Source: Lingula anatina | Lineage: Eukaryota; Animalia; Brachiopoda | Assembly: GCA_051362555.1 (NCBI GenBank) | Contig: CM120645.1 | Span: 21,452,001 to 21,516,000 of the forward strand | Direction: 5' to 3' | Length of the DNA stretch: 64,000 nucleotides | Shown: positions 13,067 to 26,585 of the stretch, piece after piece | Position numbering within the stretch: position 1 is the stretch's first letter | How the letters are laid out: the number at the start of each line of letters is the position of its first letter | Made by a program: the position numbers and the translations under genes | Notes under the pieces: generated by a model | Seen by the model: the letters and a program-made list of their open reading frames with translations, nothing else | Database searches by the model: none | Told to the model about the DNA's origin: nothing

Positions 13067-16000
13067 TTACCCTGGAATGTATAAATGTTATATTTCTTTA
13101 TAAATTTATCGATCGTTACTAAATAAATTAAGCCGGCATCTGAAAATTCATTATTTTTACTACAGCGTGTATTTCTCCTATATGGTAAAGTGTATTAGTC
13201 AGTACTGGAAGATTTTAGTATGATGAACATTTTCCGAAACTAGAAATATCGAGGAAAATTTTTAAAACTGGAAAAAAGAAAATATTGATTTGTTAATTGT
13301 TAAAAGGTTGAAAAATAGCGTACTTCGTCCACCACGATATCCACCACGACCTTGACCCCCTCGCCCTCGACCTCCACGACCTCTTCCCCCACCACGTGCG
13401 AAACCACCACCACCACCACCACCACCACGGCGCCCGGCAATTGTCTCCAGACGGCGTTGACCTGAAGAATCTGTGGTGACTGCATTAGTTCGACCCTCCT
13501 GGTGAAGACTAAGGTCCGTTTCTCCTCCAAGGGCGCAGGCCGCACATGCTGGGGCCTCTTTGCTGGACGTCCTCATCACGTGACCTGGTATTAAGATAAA
13601 CGACTTCTAATTTATTCCAGTAATACGTGTTGTGTAAAGTAATAACTTCAATGTGTGTGCAGATGTTTTAGACAATATATGAGACACGAAAGTAATCAGG
13701 GGATAGACCTACAAGAAGCACAGTTTCCTAAATGGATGGTTCCATTCATGATCGTTTACTATTTACATGTACATGGTTACAAGATTCAATTACATGTATT
13801 TATAACGGACTTTAAAGAAGTGGCATTTAAAAACTGCACATAAAATATGCTACAGCATACCCCTACGACAGTACCACCACTGCCGCCGTTCCGGTGAAGT
13901 AAATGGCGCATGCAACAGTGCTTTCATTTGACGAGAGCGTTGATCGTCTACCCCCTTCATTTTCTTGAAAATCAGCACAAGTTCTGACCAGGGGCAGTCC
14001 AAGGTCTCGAGACGTTGGGCCGTGCCAAGACCCACGTTCACCTCATCCATCTCTGTGCGTGACGATAGGATCAATGTACGAAGGAAAAGATGCTGTAGAG
14101 CATTGACCAGATTGAAAAGGTCGGCGTCATCTTTAGCACTTCGCAGTGTTTCTAAAATACTGTTAAGATTTGCTTGGCTGGTAGAGTCATGGTAAGACGT
14201 TAACAAGTTTACCCTGAAAAAGACGAGCAATGAATCATTAGGAGTATTACTGTAAGAGCAAAACAAAACTTACGAAATTGAGGCAGTTCTGATTACAATT
14301 AAATAATCAAACGATATATTTTATGGCGAAGACAATAAATATAAATGCATACTTTTATTATTTGTTTGCGTTATAGTGCATTAATATAAACTAAGGTTTG
14401 AACATACTCTTTAATGGCGTCTGTTGCATCTAAAATGGTGCCCATTGTCAGCAACATCAGGGAGGCCTCTTTATCCATTTGTACCTTTTGACCTTCGTTC
14501 TCATAAGTACTGCAAAAATCAAATATCTCAGCGCAGATTGGAGAATCCAATGCTTTTATTCTCGTCATCAACTCTGTAGATTTAAGAACCTGCTGACAAA
14601 GAGAATATTCATGTCTTAAAATCGCTGATGCCTCATCCTTGGCTTTAATGTATGTCTTCAGCTCCCTTCCATATCGAGGGCATATTTGGATTATCTTCCT
14701 GCAGCTTGGAACAGGACATCGTTTTGGGGCTAGTGTCACTACATCTCCTTGGCGGGCCATGTGGGCATCCATCTTTGTCACCTCAATGACATGGTTGCAC
14801 GGTTGGACTCTGATAAAGCGTGAGCTGGGTGGCAGACCGGCAAAGACTTTGCTTTTCTTGCTGCATATTCGACAAAGCAATGGGCACGGTTCCCCGCACA
14901 TGCCAATACAAGGGTGACCGCAGCTTAGTTTTTCCGGACAAGGCTCAAAACAGATAAAGCGATCTGAACAGATCTCGGAGCAGAGGCTTTTACACTGGGC
15001 ATGGTAGCACTTCCAGTCACATGGCTGAGGACAACGCGTGCAGAAGTCACTGCATTTCTTGGTGCATTTTGTCAGGTGAGCGCAGGATCGTTCACAATCG
15101 ACTGAGCAAGGTTTGCATACAGCACTGCACTTCTCCTTGCATGGATGTCCGCAAGGAAACACAAGTAGACAAGGGCTTGTACACGGGATGTGGAGGGTAC
15201 CTTGTCTGCAAGAACCACATGTTCCCTCACAAGTGTGACCACAAGAACGTGTTTTTCTGCAGACAGCGGGACAAGCTTCCACTAATTCCTGTTCAGCCTT
15301 TCCACAACTTGCTTTGACCCGGTGGCCACAAGAGAGCGTTCGTTGCACTTTCACCTCACACCCCTTCGACAAGACTTTTTCTCGAGTGGCACACTTCACC
15401 TCAACTTGGTGGTTGCACTTACGGAATGTCAGCATCATTTTTTGTCTGCATTTGTAATGTCCCAGTTCTAGATGACAAGACATTATTCCTATGTGTCCAC
15501 AGGGCAATAATCTTTCTACAGACACTGTACATCGGCGAGACAAGGCTGCGTATCTTTCATGGCATTTCACTTCAATATGGTGGGCACAAGGAAGCCTTAC
15601 GGTAATCGGTTGTTGGCATTCTATGTTTGTTACGTCTGTATGACAGGGAACATTTGCAACATGGGTACAGGGCAGTTGTTTCTCTACCATAAAGTCACAC
15701 CTCACGAGGGTTTCATCCTGGTGACAGGGTAGAAGGCAGCCGTGCCCACACAGCAAATGTTTTAATACTTCTCTTTCACACTGCACGGTACATGGTTCAG
15801 AGCACAGGTTCTTGCATTCATGCCCACAGTTAAGGAGCCGTTCGCATGGGATAGGGCAAATTATGTTATCTGGATCTCTGTGACATTCGGTCAAAATTTC
15901 GTGGTGACATTTTGGCAGCCGAACGTTTACAATAAAACTGCATGGTGAACAAATCTCAAAGCATTTTCTCTTGCAGGTTTTGTGTCCAATGTCACAGGGT

Positions 16001-19000
16001 TTTTCACATGGCTTTTCACATTTGTACAGCTTGTGGTCTACATCATAAGGATGACACCTACGTGCACATACGTGGCCGCACTCCAAACGAAACTCACATG
16101 GCAATTGGCACCCACCATCGGCCACGGGCTGGAAATCCTCTTTCTTAGATACGTGATATTTCGTTTTGGGGTGGTTTTGGCAAAACAAAGTCAGTTTTGT
16201 GCCCACCTGTTGCCGTTCTTTTAGCTTATTGACCAGCTTTTTCCAGAGGCTACTTTTCCGTGCCATTAGCGAAACATTCCCTATACAATAGAAACCCATT
16301 CTCGCCCTAGAAAGAGCCACGCAAACACGGTTTGAAATACTAAGAAAACCAATGCGTTCTTCCTTGTTGCTGCGGACTAAGGAGAGAAGAATTATGTCAT
16401 TTTCCTCTCCTTGAAAATTGTCCACGGGCGTTACTCGAATCCCTTGGAATTTATCTCTTGGGAGGTGTTTTTTCATTTCGAAAAGTTGGCCAGTGTATGT
16501 GGTCAGAATGGTGATCTGTGATTTACTGTAACCTTGATTTATGAGATACTGGCAGAGAGCAGCAAGGAAGGACGCTTCGTGCTTGTTTGAGTGACTTTTG
16601 CTATCATCGTCACTCTCTTCTTGGAAATTGTGGTCAATAAAGAACAAGTTTTCTTCAATTCCTCTCACATTCGCATAATGGCGAACAGACTCATGATCAA
16701 GAAGATGGTCGTATATGTCAGGCACCAGAAGACGTGATATCTCAGGTCGCATGCGGTGCTGTATGGCCAGTCTGTCACAGTGCATACCGTTTCGTACCAT
16801 TCGTTCAAAGAGGGATATCTCTAGGTTGAACTTCTTGGCCAGAGCATAAACAGCAGGGTTTGGTCGTAGCTGCTGATGGTCTCCTATGAGAATCAGGTGC
16901 TCGCAACCTTCTGTGAGTGTCGTCACAATGTGGGACTCAAACACTTCTGCTGCCTCTTCTACAATAACAATCCGGGGACGCAATCTTCTGAGGATGTGGT
17001 GATACTTTGCTGCCCCAGTCGTAGTCATGCCTAATATATGCATGTTTTGAAGCAGCTGGAAATCTAGATCATCGTATATTTCTTGCAATGCAAGCCGAGT
17101 ACGATTGTATTCTATGATCTTATACTGAAGGCGTTGGAAAATGTCCTCATAAAATAAGCGTTTCCAATAACGATACAAACGCCATCTGTCTGCAATGGAG
17201 AGAACCCAAAGGTTTTCTATGCTTTCTGCCTCCTCTTCAGTCATGTAGTCATCACTACAACTGGCCTGGTGAAGTTCACTTTCAAATTTCTTCATCTCTA
17301 GTCGCATTTCCTTTTTCATTTTTTTCGACATTTTTAAAGGCTGTTCAAATTTGTCCATCTCGGTAGTATATGCATTCTCCTCCATCTCTTCCGATTTTAC
17401 TACATGTTGAGCGATGGTCTTCAAAATATCAGTGTCATCATCCACAATTTGAACATCATCCAAGAAATCATCGGCCTGATTAAATGACGTTTGATCTGAT
17501 TCAAAATCATATTCTCCTTCTATGATTTCACGTTGATCGGACAATAATTCAGCCTCTCCTTTTACAGCAACGGAGCTATCTTCTTTATTCAACAGACTTT
17601 CGCTGTCACTTTTTCTCATATCTCCATCTTCCTCAATTGTCTCTGGTGTCTTTAATCCAGTAGCTGTTTTATCTAGATCACTCTCTCCATCCGACAATTC
17701 TTCTTTTCTATTGCAAAGTTCAGACACGTCAGATTCCTTGTTTTGGTCTCCTCTATTTACTTCAGACTCTGTTAACAGCTTGTCTCCTTCTTCCACATCA
17801 CTGTCACTTTCTTGGGGGCTTGTTTCACCAACGCCTACTGTTTCTTCGGTAGATCCCTCGCTTCGGTAGACTGATTTCTCTTCAGACACTGCTAAGAACT
17901 CGTCTCCGTCTTCCACATCCCTGTCACTTGTTTGGGGGTTTGTTTCATTAATGTTTGCTGGCTCTTCGCCAGCAGACTGACTATCATTCTTAAACTGGTG
18001 CCGTTGTTTAATCTCTTGCTGCAAGATTACCTTGCGGTCTTCAGCAAGAAGCCAGTAATCAACATCTTTCGCAACGTACTCTAGAGACTTCTGTTGCAAT
18101 TCAGATAACAAACTGCGTATTTGTTTATTTCCAATATAACTGAGGGAATTGTAAATATCTGTAAAATAACGGATGGCCTCTGCCAATAACGAAAGCTCCC
18201 CAAGCAAACGGGCGATTCCCCTCCTTCTTTCCCTGTCAGTTGGATAATCTTTTTTTAGATTTTGCAGAAGACACCTTTGAAGAGCAGGATCTTCAGAGCT
18301 GCTTCTTCCTCCAATTCTTGCAACTTTGTTGGGCTGAAATTTTACAATGCCTTCTAAAAACTGGTCTAGGGCATGATTGGTATAACATACGAGCAGTATT
18401 GGTTTGTTAACGTCTCTCTTTTCTAGGGCTCCCTCTTCTGGGTCAAGCAAATCTAATGTCTCGTGCTGGATGACATTCCCATTTTCCTCTCTCTCTCCAG
18501 ACGCCCAAATTGGTCTGTTTGCCATGAGAGCTCTTACAACTTTTAACCCTATGTATGTTTTTCCCGTTCCCGGTGGACCTTGAATGACAGAGAATTCTTT
18601 GGTTAGAGCACTCTTTAATGCTGCACTTTGGGACTCATCTAAATTCAGCTTCTCTGCATCTGGCCAGGTATCTTCTTTGAAAATATCAACTGCTTCAAAC
18701 TTTTGTCGTCCTACAATATCTCTGTCGATTAGACAGGTGAGGTCCAATGGCAGGCCCGAATCTAAAATGTATTTCGGTGGTCTGGGCGCACTTTCACAGC
18801 CAATAATGTACTCTTGAAGGGGTAAATTTTCCTGGTTCAACTCCTGAAGCCCCCTCAAGACATGCCGGTATGCTTCAAAATAGGCAGAAGACTCAACCAT
18901 GACGAAAACCTCACGCATGCTTGCGGAAAGCACTGCAAGGCTTTCTGTATCACAGTGGAGCTCAATAATACCTTTCTGAAGCTTCTTTGGGTCTCTATCA

Positions 19001-20288
19001 GCAACTGTTGCAAAAATTACAGTTTCAAAGCTGTCCTTTGATAGACACACAAGAGAGCCACATATCAACCGTTTACTGTGCTCCCACTTGACCCTGGAGA
19101 GCCTTGACACATCAAACTTGACCGGATAAGTGATTTGATTCTTAGCACAATTGGGCATTTGAAAGTACACATGATGGTATACCCTAGCATCTGACAACCT
19201 GGCATGTTCTTGCCCACGATCTAAATTGACCAAGTACTCTTTGATGCCATTGCGAAGTGGTGCTATGAAATCTTCCCTCAGCAGCCTAAACTGGACATCA
19301 AGATAATGATCAACGGAACTGTACTTTCCCTTCACAATGTTGGTCCTCAGGAAAGGTTGTTCATCGGTGATAAGGTCTTCCCTACTTGGAAATATACTGC
19401 ACTCGCGAAAATCATCGGGAGGAGTTGTGAGATCTTCAGGAGCATTTTCTGCATCTTGTGCTTTAAAACCCAGTCTTAAGTCATTTTCGACGGCATCTTT
19501 TATTTCAGTAGCTTGCTGTAATGGTCCTTTCAGGCAGTCAATATTACCACTGTCTGCCTTGCCATCTACTACCTTCTGTATTAATGGTAAAAGGGAGCTG
19601 GCATGTAGGTGACTAGATCGAGGCAAAAGATTCAGAAGTAACTGGACCAACTTGATTACATTGCCAAGAAAATTGACATCGACAGCCTGGCTGTTTCGGG
19701 CTAGAACCATGTTGATAATACAGCTCTGAACAGGACCTCCTGCTGAAAGCAATGGCGATTCATTGGTAATGTTGAGAACCGTAATTAAATGCGATCGGAG
19801 CTGATCTGCCTGACCCACATAAGCCAACACAGACAGGAGAAGAGAAAGAAGACCACCTTCCAGCTTTTTGGACACGAGAAGCTCACGAAAACCATTTTTA
19901 GGGGATGCCAAGTACAGAAGAGCATCACCCTGATTCCTTTGCATCAATTCTTCCAACTTTTTGTAACCCATGTAGCGCACTTCGCTCTGTGTCCATTTCG
20001 TGGTCATGTCACCAGCTTTTGGCCCCCGTTTATAAACTGGCCTGGCCAATCTGAAAAAAAAAGAAAGAAAGCCTACTTATACATTTTGAGACCACATTGT
20101 ATATTTTAAACGTTTTATTTTCCTTTCACTGATGTTTTTTTTAAATGCCTAGTATCAGCGTGAAAAAAGTGTCTAATTTACCTTCATTCAGTCTTTCTTT
20201 CTAGATCCCTCCTTTCCTCTCTCCCCTCTTTCTCTCATTGTCTGACAGTATGTTTTCTCAACACCCTCGACCTATATCTCTGTCACTC

Positions 20289-20319
<31 letters not shown>

Positions 20320-20512
20320 TGTGCCCGCACAAACACACACACACAAACAGTACAGGGTATATTAACGTTAAGATCCCAAGTTTTGCAAATACTTACCCTT
20401 CATGGGTTTTGACTGGTTTATCTGTGTCATATCTACCATTCTTCCCATTAAGTCTTTCTTTTCGTACATCATGTAGTGGACTCTGTCTCTCTTCTTTGAA
20501 CTTTTCTGCCAT
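13067..20512 (-). CDS. ZNFX1: ZNFX1-like NF-X1 zinc-finger SF1 RNA helicase, copy B (complete, ~2125 aa)
   Basis: Exons 20512-20397, 20050-14408, 14213-13861, 13584-13324 and 13071-13067; all GT-AG and phase-consistent (sum 6378 nt). Motifs: IQGPPGTGKT, CYTNHALDQFLE, VEEAAEV, LIGDHQQLRP, QHRMRP, VDNFQGEEND, NRVCVALSRAR and repeated L.CGH.C...CH fingers. Confidence 0.93.
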
Positions 20513-20729
20513 CTTCAATGTATACCTAGTGCATAATATAACGCATTTAGGTAACATGACAGGAAATAATTGTAATTAGTGTTAAAATTTTCACCGTTCT
20601 CACTTGTTGCTTGTTCCATACAGAAAATCAATATTTATAGCAATCTGGCCAATCTTTCTTATTTTTAAGATAGCAACTGGATTATAAATGAATCCATATA
20701 TTTTTTTTCAGAGCCAGATTTATGTATAA

Positions 20730-21623
20730 AGCCTCGGTCACCGCACGGGCTCTTACGGCCTGTTTGCGTCCAAATTTTGCGCAGAATTTCACGTGCCGCG
20801 CAAGTTTTTCTTGCGAATTTTGGAATTCGCAGACAGCCCGTAAGCACATACGGAGGATGTTGGACATGTCCAAAAGATTCTACTAACAACGAGGCAGCAA
20901 ATGTAACTTACTCCACTCGCAAGGAGTTCTCGAGAAGTATACAGGTGAGTCGTGCGTGGTCCAAGACGCACGTCGTAAATAATGAAGGAGCAAGTGTCCT
21001 TTGCGTGTTGAGTACGACGCAGGCCCTCACAACTAACGAACAAAGTCGAAAGCACGGCGGAAGTGCGTCGGCCCCACGTCAGGAGTATAAAAGGCGTGCT
21101 CACGATGCACGCTCGTGTCTTGACAAATAACGTCGCTTGTGCTTCGTGTACAACATTACAAAATTTTCGAAATTTGCTCAGTTCAGCTTCTAATATGCCT
21201 CCAAAAGGCAAGGGAAAGAAGCTAAGAAAACAGAAAAGAAAGAAGGAGGAAAAAGAAAAAAGGGGGGACAGGAGGCAAAAATGACGTATGTAGACGTACG
21301 CGGTCAGTACATCAATACAAGCGTGTGAGGCAAGTGTGAAGCAAAAGGAAATTACTTTCGCCGTGCGTAGCATTCTCTTCGTAAATGGCGAGTGCATGCC
21401 ACGTACGCAGGTAGCAAGACAAACTCAAGAAATGAGTACATCGCACCTTGCAATTAGCGTTCAGGACTGCTTCTCACGAGGACCCTGCAACTCGCAAGTC
21501 AGACTTGCGCCTTTCCATTGCAAACTTCCCTCTACCTCTACCAACTCCACGGCCTCCACTGCACCCAAAATTCGCAGGGGCCGTAAGGTTCTTAAATTCG
21601 TGCATCCGGTTGTGACCGAGGCT
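20730..21623. mobile_element. PIF/Harbinger-type non-autonomous element (894 bp)
   Basis: TIR AGCCTCGGTCAC/GTGACCGAGGCT with 3-bp TSD TAA (20727-29 and 21624-26). Empty site tatgtaTAAggtatg at ~2362-2376 upstream of copy A. Confidence 0.88.
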
Positions 21624-21884
21624 TAAGGTATGTAGAAACAACACGTCCTTATTGCGCCACGGCTAAGAGTACACCAAGCTGCCGGAGTTGCCAAGGCGAC
21701 AATGCTTTGAAATGTGCATAGTGGTTTTTCGTAGTCACACGTTAAAAAACAATGGGAAAAACTAAATAAAAAACAAAACAAAACAAAACAAAAAAAATTA
21801 ACAACGTGAACAAAAAATACATCACTTCAAGAAAGAAAGGTTCAGTTCAAGGTTTTTCGCGCTCCAGCTGTATATTTTAATATA

Positions 21885-22019
21885 CAATCCCGCCAGAAAG
21901 TCCCCTTACCAAGAGGCCGCATGGTCTCCCAACCCTGTCCCGTATGGTCGATTAACAGAGGTTGCATGATAATTACAGGGTAGGGGAATCGGCAAGTAAT
22001 CCTTATCGGACACCCAAAT
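21885..22019 (-). mobile_element. Diverged terminus of a Tc1-like element related to 25223-27432
   Basis: TA|caatcccgccagaaagtccccttacc...ccttatcggacacccaaat is an inverted, diverged copy of 27298-27432. Confidence 0.7.
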
Positions 22020-22026
22020 AACGTTA

Positions 22027-24640
22027 AGGTATTGTTTTCTGATTTCATTGTTTGTTCTCTATTGTCGTGACTGTGTGGTTGCGTGCGACGTTGTATATGT
22101 GCGCACGCTTGTTTTTACGTCGCTTATTCTTCTTTGTTACGTTAAAATGATACATACGTTACCGATACATACGTTACCATGAAGCGTGTAAATATTTATT
22201 CTATTTTCATTGGTTTTCTTTCGCTTTGTGGGACAACACTTATGTCTTTTATTTTTGTTTCATTAAAAAAGTGTTGGCGTACAAAAGGAAAGACAACCAA
22301 TGAAAATAAAATAAAAAATATTTACACGCTTTATGGTAACGTATGTATCATTTTAACGTAACAAAGAAGAATGAGCGACGTAATAACATGCGTGCGCACA
22401 TATACAACGTCGCACGCAACACCAGATTTGCGACAACAGAGAACAAACAATGAAATTTTTGGTAACGTATGTAGGCCTATCGGTGACGTATTGTAGTGTT
22501 CACAAATATAATTCCCAGACATGTAAATTAATTTGATTAGGGTCGATTGCTTGTGCACTCGGCTCGTTTTATGGCCTTACCTGTAGTTATGTAACTTAAG
22601 TGACGTGTGCAATTTGAATAATTAAAATTAGTATGTACCGCCAAATAATGCAGCACCGAATCCACCTATAGATAAGAAATATGTATAAAGGACGTCTAGA
22701 ATTAATATCTGGAGTTCAGAAGGAAGAAGACTCGAAGGAGACCGCTCGACGGAGCCATGGGAGACGGCCTAGAGCTTGGAGATTTCACGTAGATGATGTA
22801 GTTAGACAGAGTCAACCAATAAACCATTAAACTGGTCATTATGTGGACTTGGTTTTTCTTTGCGCGACCTTACGTAAATCTGACACGAACTGTGGAATCT
22901 TTGGATCGCGTTATCCACTAAGTAAGACTAAAACGTAATGTCCTATTTCGAGCCCACGCTTGAATTAAGCGTACAAAATTATATAAGTTTAGGACATTCA
23001 TCTCATATGTATATGTAAAGGAACATAACAGTATGTATCATATAAACAATTTCAACAAACGGTTTCAAGACAAGTAATCTTTACTTGCCTTGCTTTTCCT
23101 TCTTATTGTAATGTAGTATACCGTAAGAATAAGGCGTTTGTTCACAAAACGGACAACAAACAATAAAAATAAATTTTTTTACGCGCTACATGGTAACTAT
23201 TTTCATTGGTTGCCTTTCGTTTTGTGCGCCAACACTTATGTCTTAATGTTACATTAAAATGAAAGAAAACGAGACAAATAAGATTTCTTGCCTTCAACTA
23301 TCTGTGAAAATTGTTCATATGATACATATGTTACCGATATGTACGTTACCATGAAGCGTGTAAATATTTATTTATTCTATTTTGATTGGTTGTCTTTCGT
23401 TTTGTGGGCCAGCATTTATGTCTTAATGTTACATTAAAATGAAAGAAAGCGAGACAAATAAGATTTCTTGCCTTCAACTATCTGTGAAAATTGTCCATTT
23501 GATTCATACGTTACCGATATGTACGTGACCAAATAATATGAAGGTGTTGTTTTCTGATTCCATTGCTTGTTTTCTGTTGTGACGACTTTGTGAGTGGGTG
23601 TGACTTTGTATTTGTGCGCACTAAGTTTTACGGCGCTCATTCTTATTTCTTACGTAAATACGATACATACGTTATCGAATAACGTGAAGGTATTGTTTTC
23701 TGATTTCATTGTTTGTTCTCTGTTGTCGTGACTCTGTGGTTGCGTGCGACGTTGTATATTTGCGCACGCTTGTTTTTACGTCGCTTATTCTTCTTTGTTA
23801 CGTTAAAATGATACATACGTTACCGATACATACGTTACCATAAAGCGTGTAAATATTTATTCTATTTTCATTGGTTTTCTTTCGCTTTGTGGGCCATCAA
23901 TCATGTCTTTTATTTGTGTTTCATTAAAATAGTGCTGGCGCACAAAAGGAAAAACAACCAATGAAAATAGAATAAAAGGTATTGTTTTCTGATTTCATTG
24001 TTTGTTCTCTGTTGTCGTGACTGTGTGGTTGCGTGCGACGTTGTATATGTGCGCACGCTTGTTTTTACGTCGCTTATTCTTTTTTGTTACGATAAAATGA
24101 TACATACGTTACCTATACAAACGTTACCATGAAGCGTGTAAATATTTATTCTATTTTCATTGGTTTTCTTTCGCTTTGTGGGACAACACTTATGTCTTTT
24201 ATTTTTGTTTCATTAAAAAAGTGTTGGCGTACAAAAGGAAAGACAACCAATGAAAATAGAATAAAAAATATTTACACGCTTTATGGTAACGTATGTATCA
24301 TTTTAACGTAACAAAGAAGAATGAGCGACGTAATAACATGCGTGCGCACATATACAACGTCGCACGCAACACCAGATTTGCGACAACAGAGAACAAACAA
24401 TGATATTTTTGGTAACGTATGTAGGCCTATCGGTGACGTATGTATCATATAAACAATTTCAACAAACGGTTTGAAGACAAGTAATCTTTACTTGCCCCGC
24501 TTTTCCTTCTTATTGTAATGTAGTATACCGTAAGAATAAGGCTTTTGCTAACAAAACGGACAGCAAACAATAAAAATAAAAGTATTTACACGCTACATGG
24601 TAACTATTTTCATTGGTTGTCTTTCGTTTTGTGCGCCTTC
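22027..24640. repeat. Complex direct/inverted repeat block
   Basis: A ~430-bp palindromic unit (22040-22460) is repeated near-identically at ~23990-24410 (offset 1950), with a further partial copy at 23687-23975 and shorter subunits at 23200-23520. Confidence 0.8.
22492..23030. mobile_element. Solo LTR (Ty3/gypsy-like, 539 bp)
   Basis: TGTAGTGTTC...GAACATAACA ends (TG...CA with a short inverted repeat), 4-bp TSD GTAT on both sides and internal AATAAA at ~22818. The uninterrupted site cggtgacGTATgtatc is in the duplicate at ~24431. Confidence 0.8.
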
Positions 24641-25752
24641 AAGAATCACACAAAAATTGAACATTTTAAGTATATAATTTAAAAATGGCTTTCACAGGTA
24701 ACGAAAATACCCAACAGAGTCAGAACAAAAAGGGCCTCTTTGCAACCCCACAAATTGAAATGTGTGCACTATTTTTTTGGAAATTTCATTTTAAATGTAG
24801 ATATTTCAGGCGCACACATTAATGTTAAATGTCATTTGTCAACACTTTTCAGTGTTTATTATTAGTCTGCTTCATTTCTCTTAGTACTGGGACTTTCAAT
24901 AAATGCGGCCGTCACCGGCCAAATTTCGAACATCATACTTGAGTTTGTCACATTACTTTATCAACATGTCGTTATATTCAAATTAGCTTAAATCAAGGAG
25001 ACACAAATACCTACATTAAACAGCTGTCACTAATCGGAGTGCTAACAAGTAGCTGGCTTAACGTGGCTGCTTGTCTACGAATCGAAACAAAAAATTCTTT
25101 AAATTATTCCGTGGGACAAATATAACCTGATAAAAGGGGAATCCCCTTCAACTGTGCTACGATTACATGGACAGTAGAAAATCGATAAATGCATGGTATA
25201 TACGCTAAACTGACTCTGACTACAGTGCCGCCGGAATCTCCCCTTACTTACCCTCCGGGTCGCTGCGGGTTGTACGGACGGCCTGGCTCGGTTACTATGG
25301 AAATAACATTGTCATCCATACGCTGTTTGGTTTCTGTTAACAATAGTTCCATACCCTGCCCGTCGGGCAATTATCGTGACAAACTTTCTGCTAACAAAAG
25401 AGCCTAACCCTAGCTCGCTGAGATAAAGATCGAAGGTGAGCGTGGTCGCAATTAAGTGTTCGTCTAAGCGTTAATTTACCTTTAATGCGCGGTGGCTTCA
25501 CTCTATTTTGATCACTCTACTCTGATACGGAGATTATAAGTATAAGAACTTGCCAACAGTGATTTTTAAAAGTCGCTTTACCAAAAAGATTCGGTGATGA
25601 CAGCAATTTTCGTGTACATTGTAGCTATGAATTGATTGAATTTACATAGAGTTTAATAAATGAATTTATGAATTTATTAAAGATCAAATAAAACACTACT
25701 TGTACATGTAATATTTATTAGGCTTCAAACGGTCTTTACTATATACATATTA

Positions 25753-26148
25753 TTAACAAGATTGAAATTTATTTTTATAGTATGTCCTTATATTTCTATT
25801 AGTTTTGTTCATAGACGAAATGCATTTTTTCCAAAAAGACTTGTCAGTTGTTTCAGTGATAAACATTTTGTTAGCCATATCTTTAATATAGTTCAGTCTA
25901 TATTTGCATATAGGATCTCTCCCATCTACACCCGTAACATTTCTGTCCTTTCGTATTCGTTCATCAATAGTAAACAACCTTCCCATCAACTGAACGCAAA
26001 AGTTGCCTGGGGAACTGGCCCGTTGTCGAATTTCGAATATTTCTTTATTTGACAAGGCGACGGGTGGCCGGCCGAAAGACAGATTCCTTGATTCTGTAGG
26101 ACACAAAGTAGGATATGTTTCTCTATCATTGTTTGATATGTAATTCAA
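25753..26148 (-). CDS. BEN-domain-like ORF inside the Tc1 element
   Basis: SSPGNFCVQLMGRLFTIDE...NVTGVDGRDPI...LNYIK...F...WKKCISSMNKTNR fits the BEN pattern (F..LL..LF..E...N..G..GK..L...L..I...W..C...IN...R). The start codon is uncertain and the ORF may be 5'-truncated. Confidence 0.65.
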   Translation of the reverse strand: MNYISNNDRETYPTLCPTESRNLSFGRPPVALSNKEIFEIRQRASSPGNFCVQLMGRLFTIDERIRKDRNVTGVDGRDPICKYRLNYIKDMANKMFITETTDKSFWKKCISSMNKTNRNIRTYYKNKFQSC

Positions 26149-26585
26149 ACCGATAAGAATAGTTCATCTTTACGATCTAAAGCCCAAACTTAACCAAAAG
26201 CCATCTTCAAACTTAAACGCATCAAAAGAAATTAATTAAAAAAACTGGATTACAATCTCTCGGGCTAACTTCACTGGTTGGCACGTGTCATCTCACATTA
26301 ATTAACAATCAGTTCAGGTTAGCTTTATTCATGCTGGGTAAACACAGTGATTAAGCCCTGACTATTACATAATCACTACTGTGTGACACGCGTCGTCTAA
26401 AATTAATGTTAACATTGCGATGACGCTCTTCAATCCAAACTAATCAATTGCACATAATTCTAAATCAACTGACACGTGTCAACAGGATTGTTTGTGTATC
26501 TGGACTTCCTAAATGGCCAATAAGTATTTTGTTTAATATGACATGTTTATGTCACTGATTTCCATGCCATCGTGTCACCTGCCAA

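Noticed and set aside
14371-14407. ORF-track C-terminus YVQTLVYINAL* (and YVQTLVYINAD* at 33219) and TTG starts at 20049/39146
   Set aside because: Better explained as intron read-through: a conserved donor and phase-matched exons exist on both sides.
20789-21626. 202-aa and other ORFs inside the Harbinger-type element
   Set aside because: No DDE or Myb/SANT motifs recognised; probably chance ORFs.
22179-24311. Near-identical 60-aa ORFs MKRVNIYSIFIGF...
   Set aside because: Their similarity reflects the DNA duplication of a palindromic repeat, not coding conservation.
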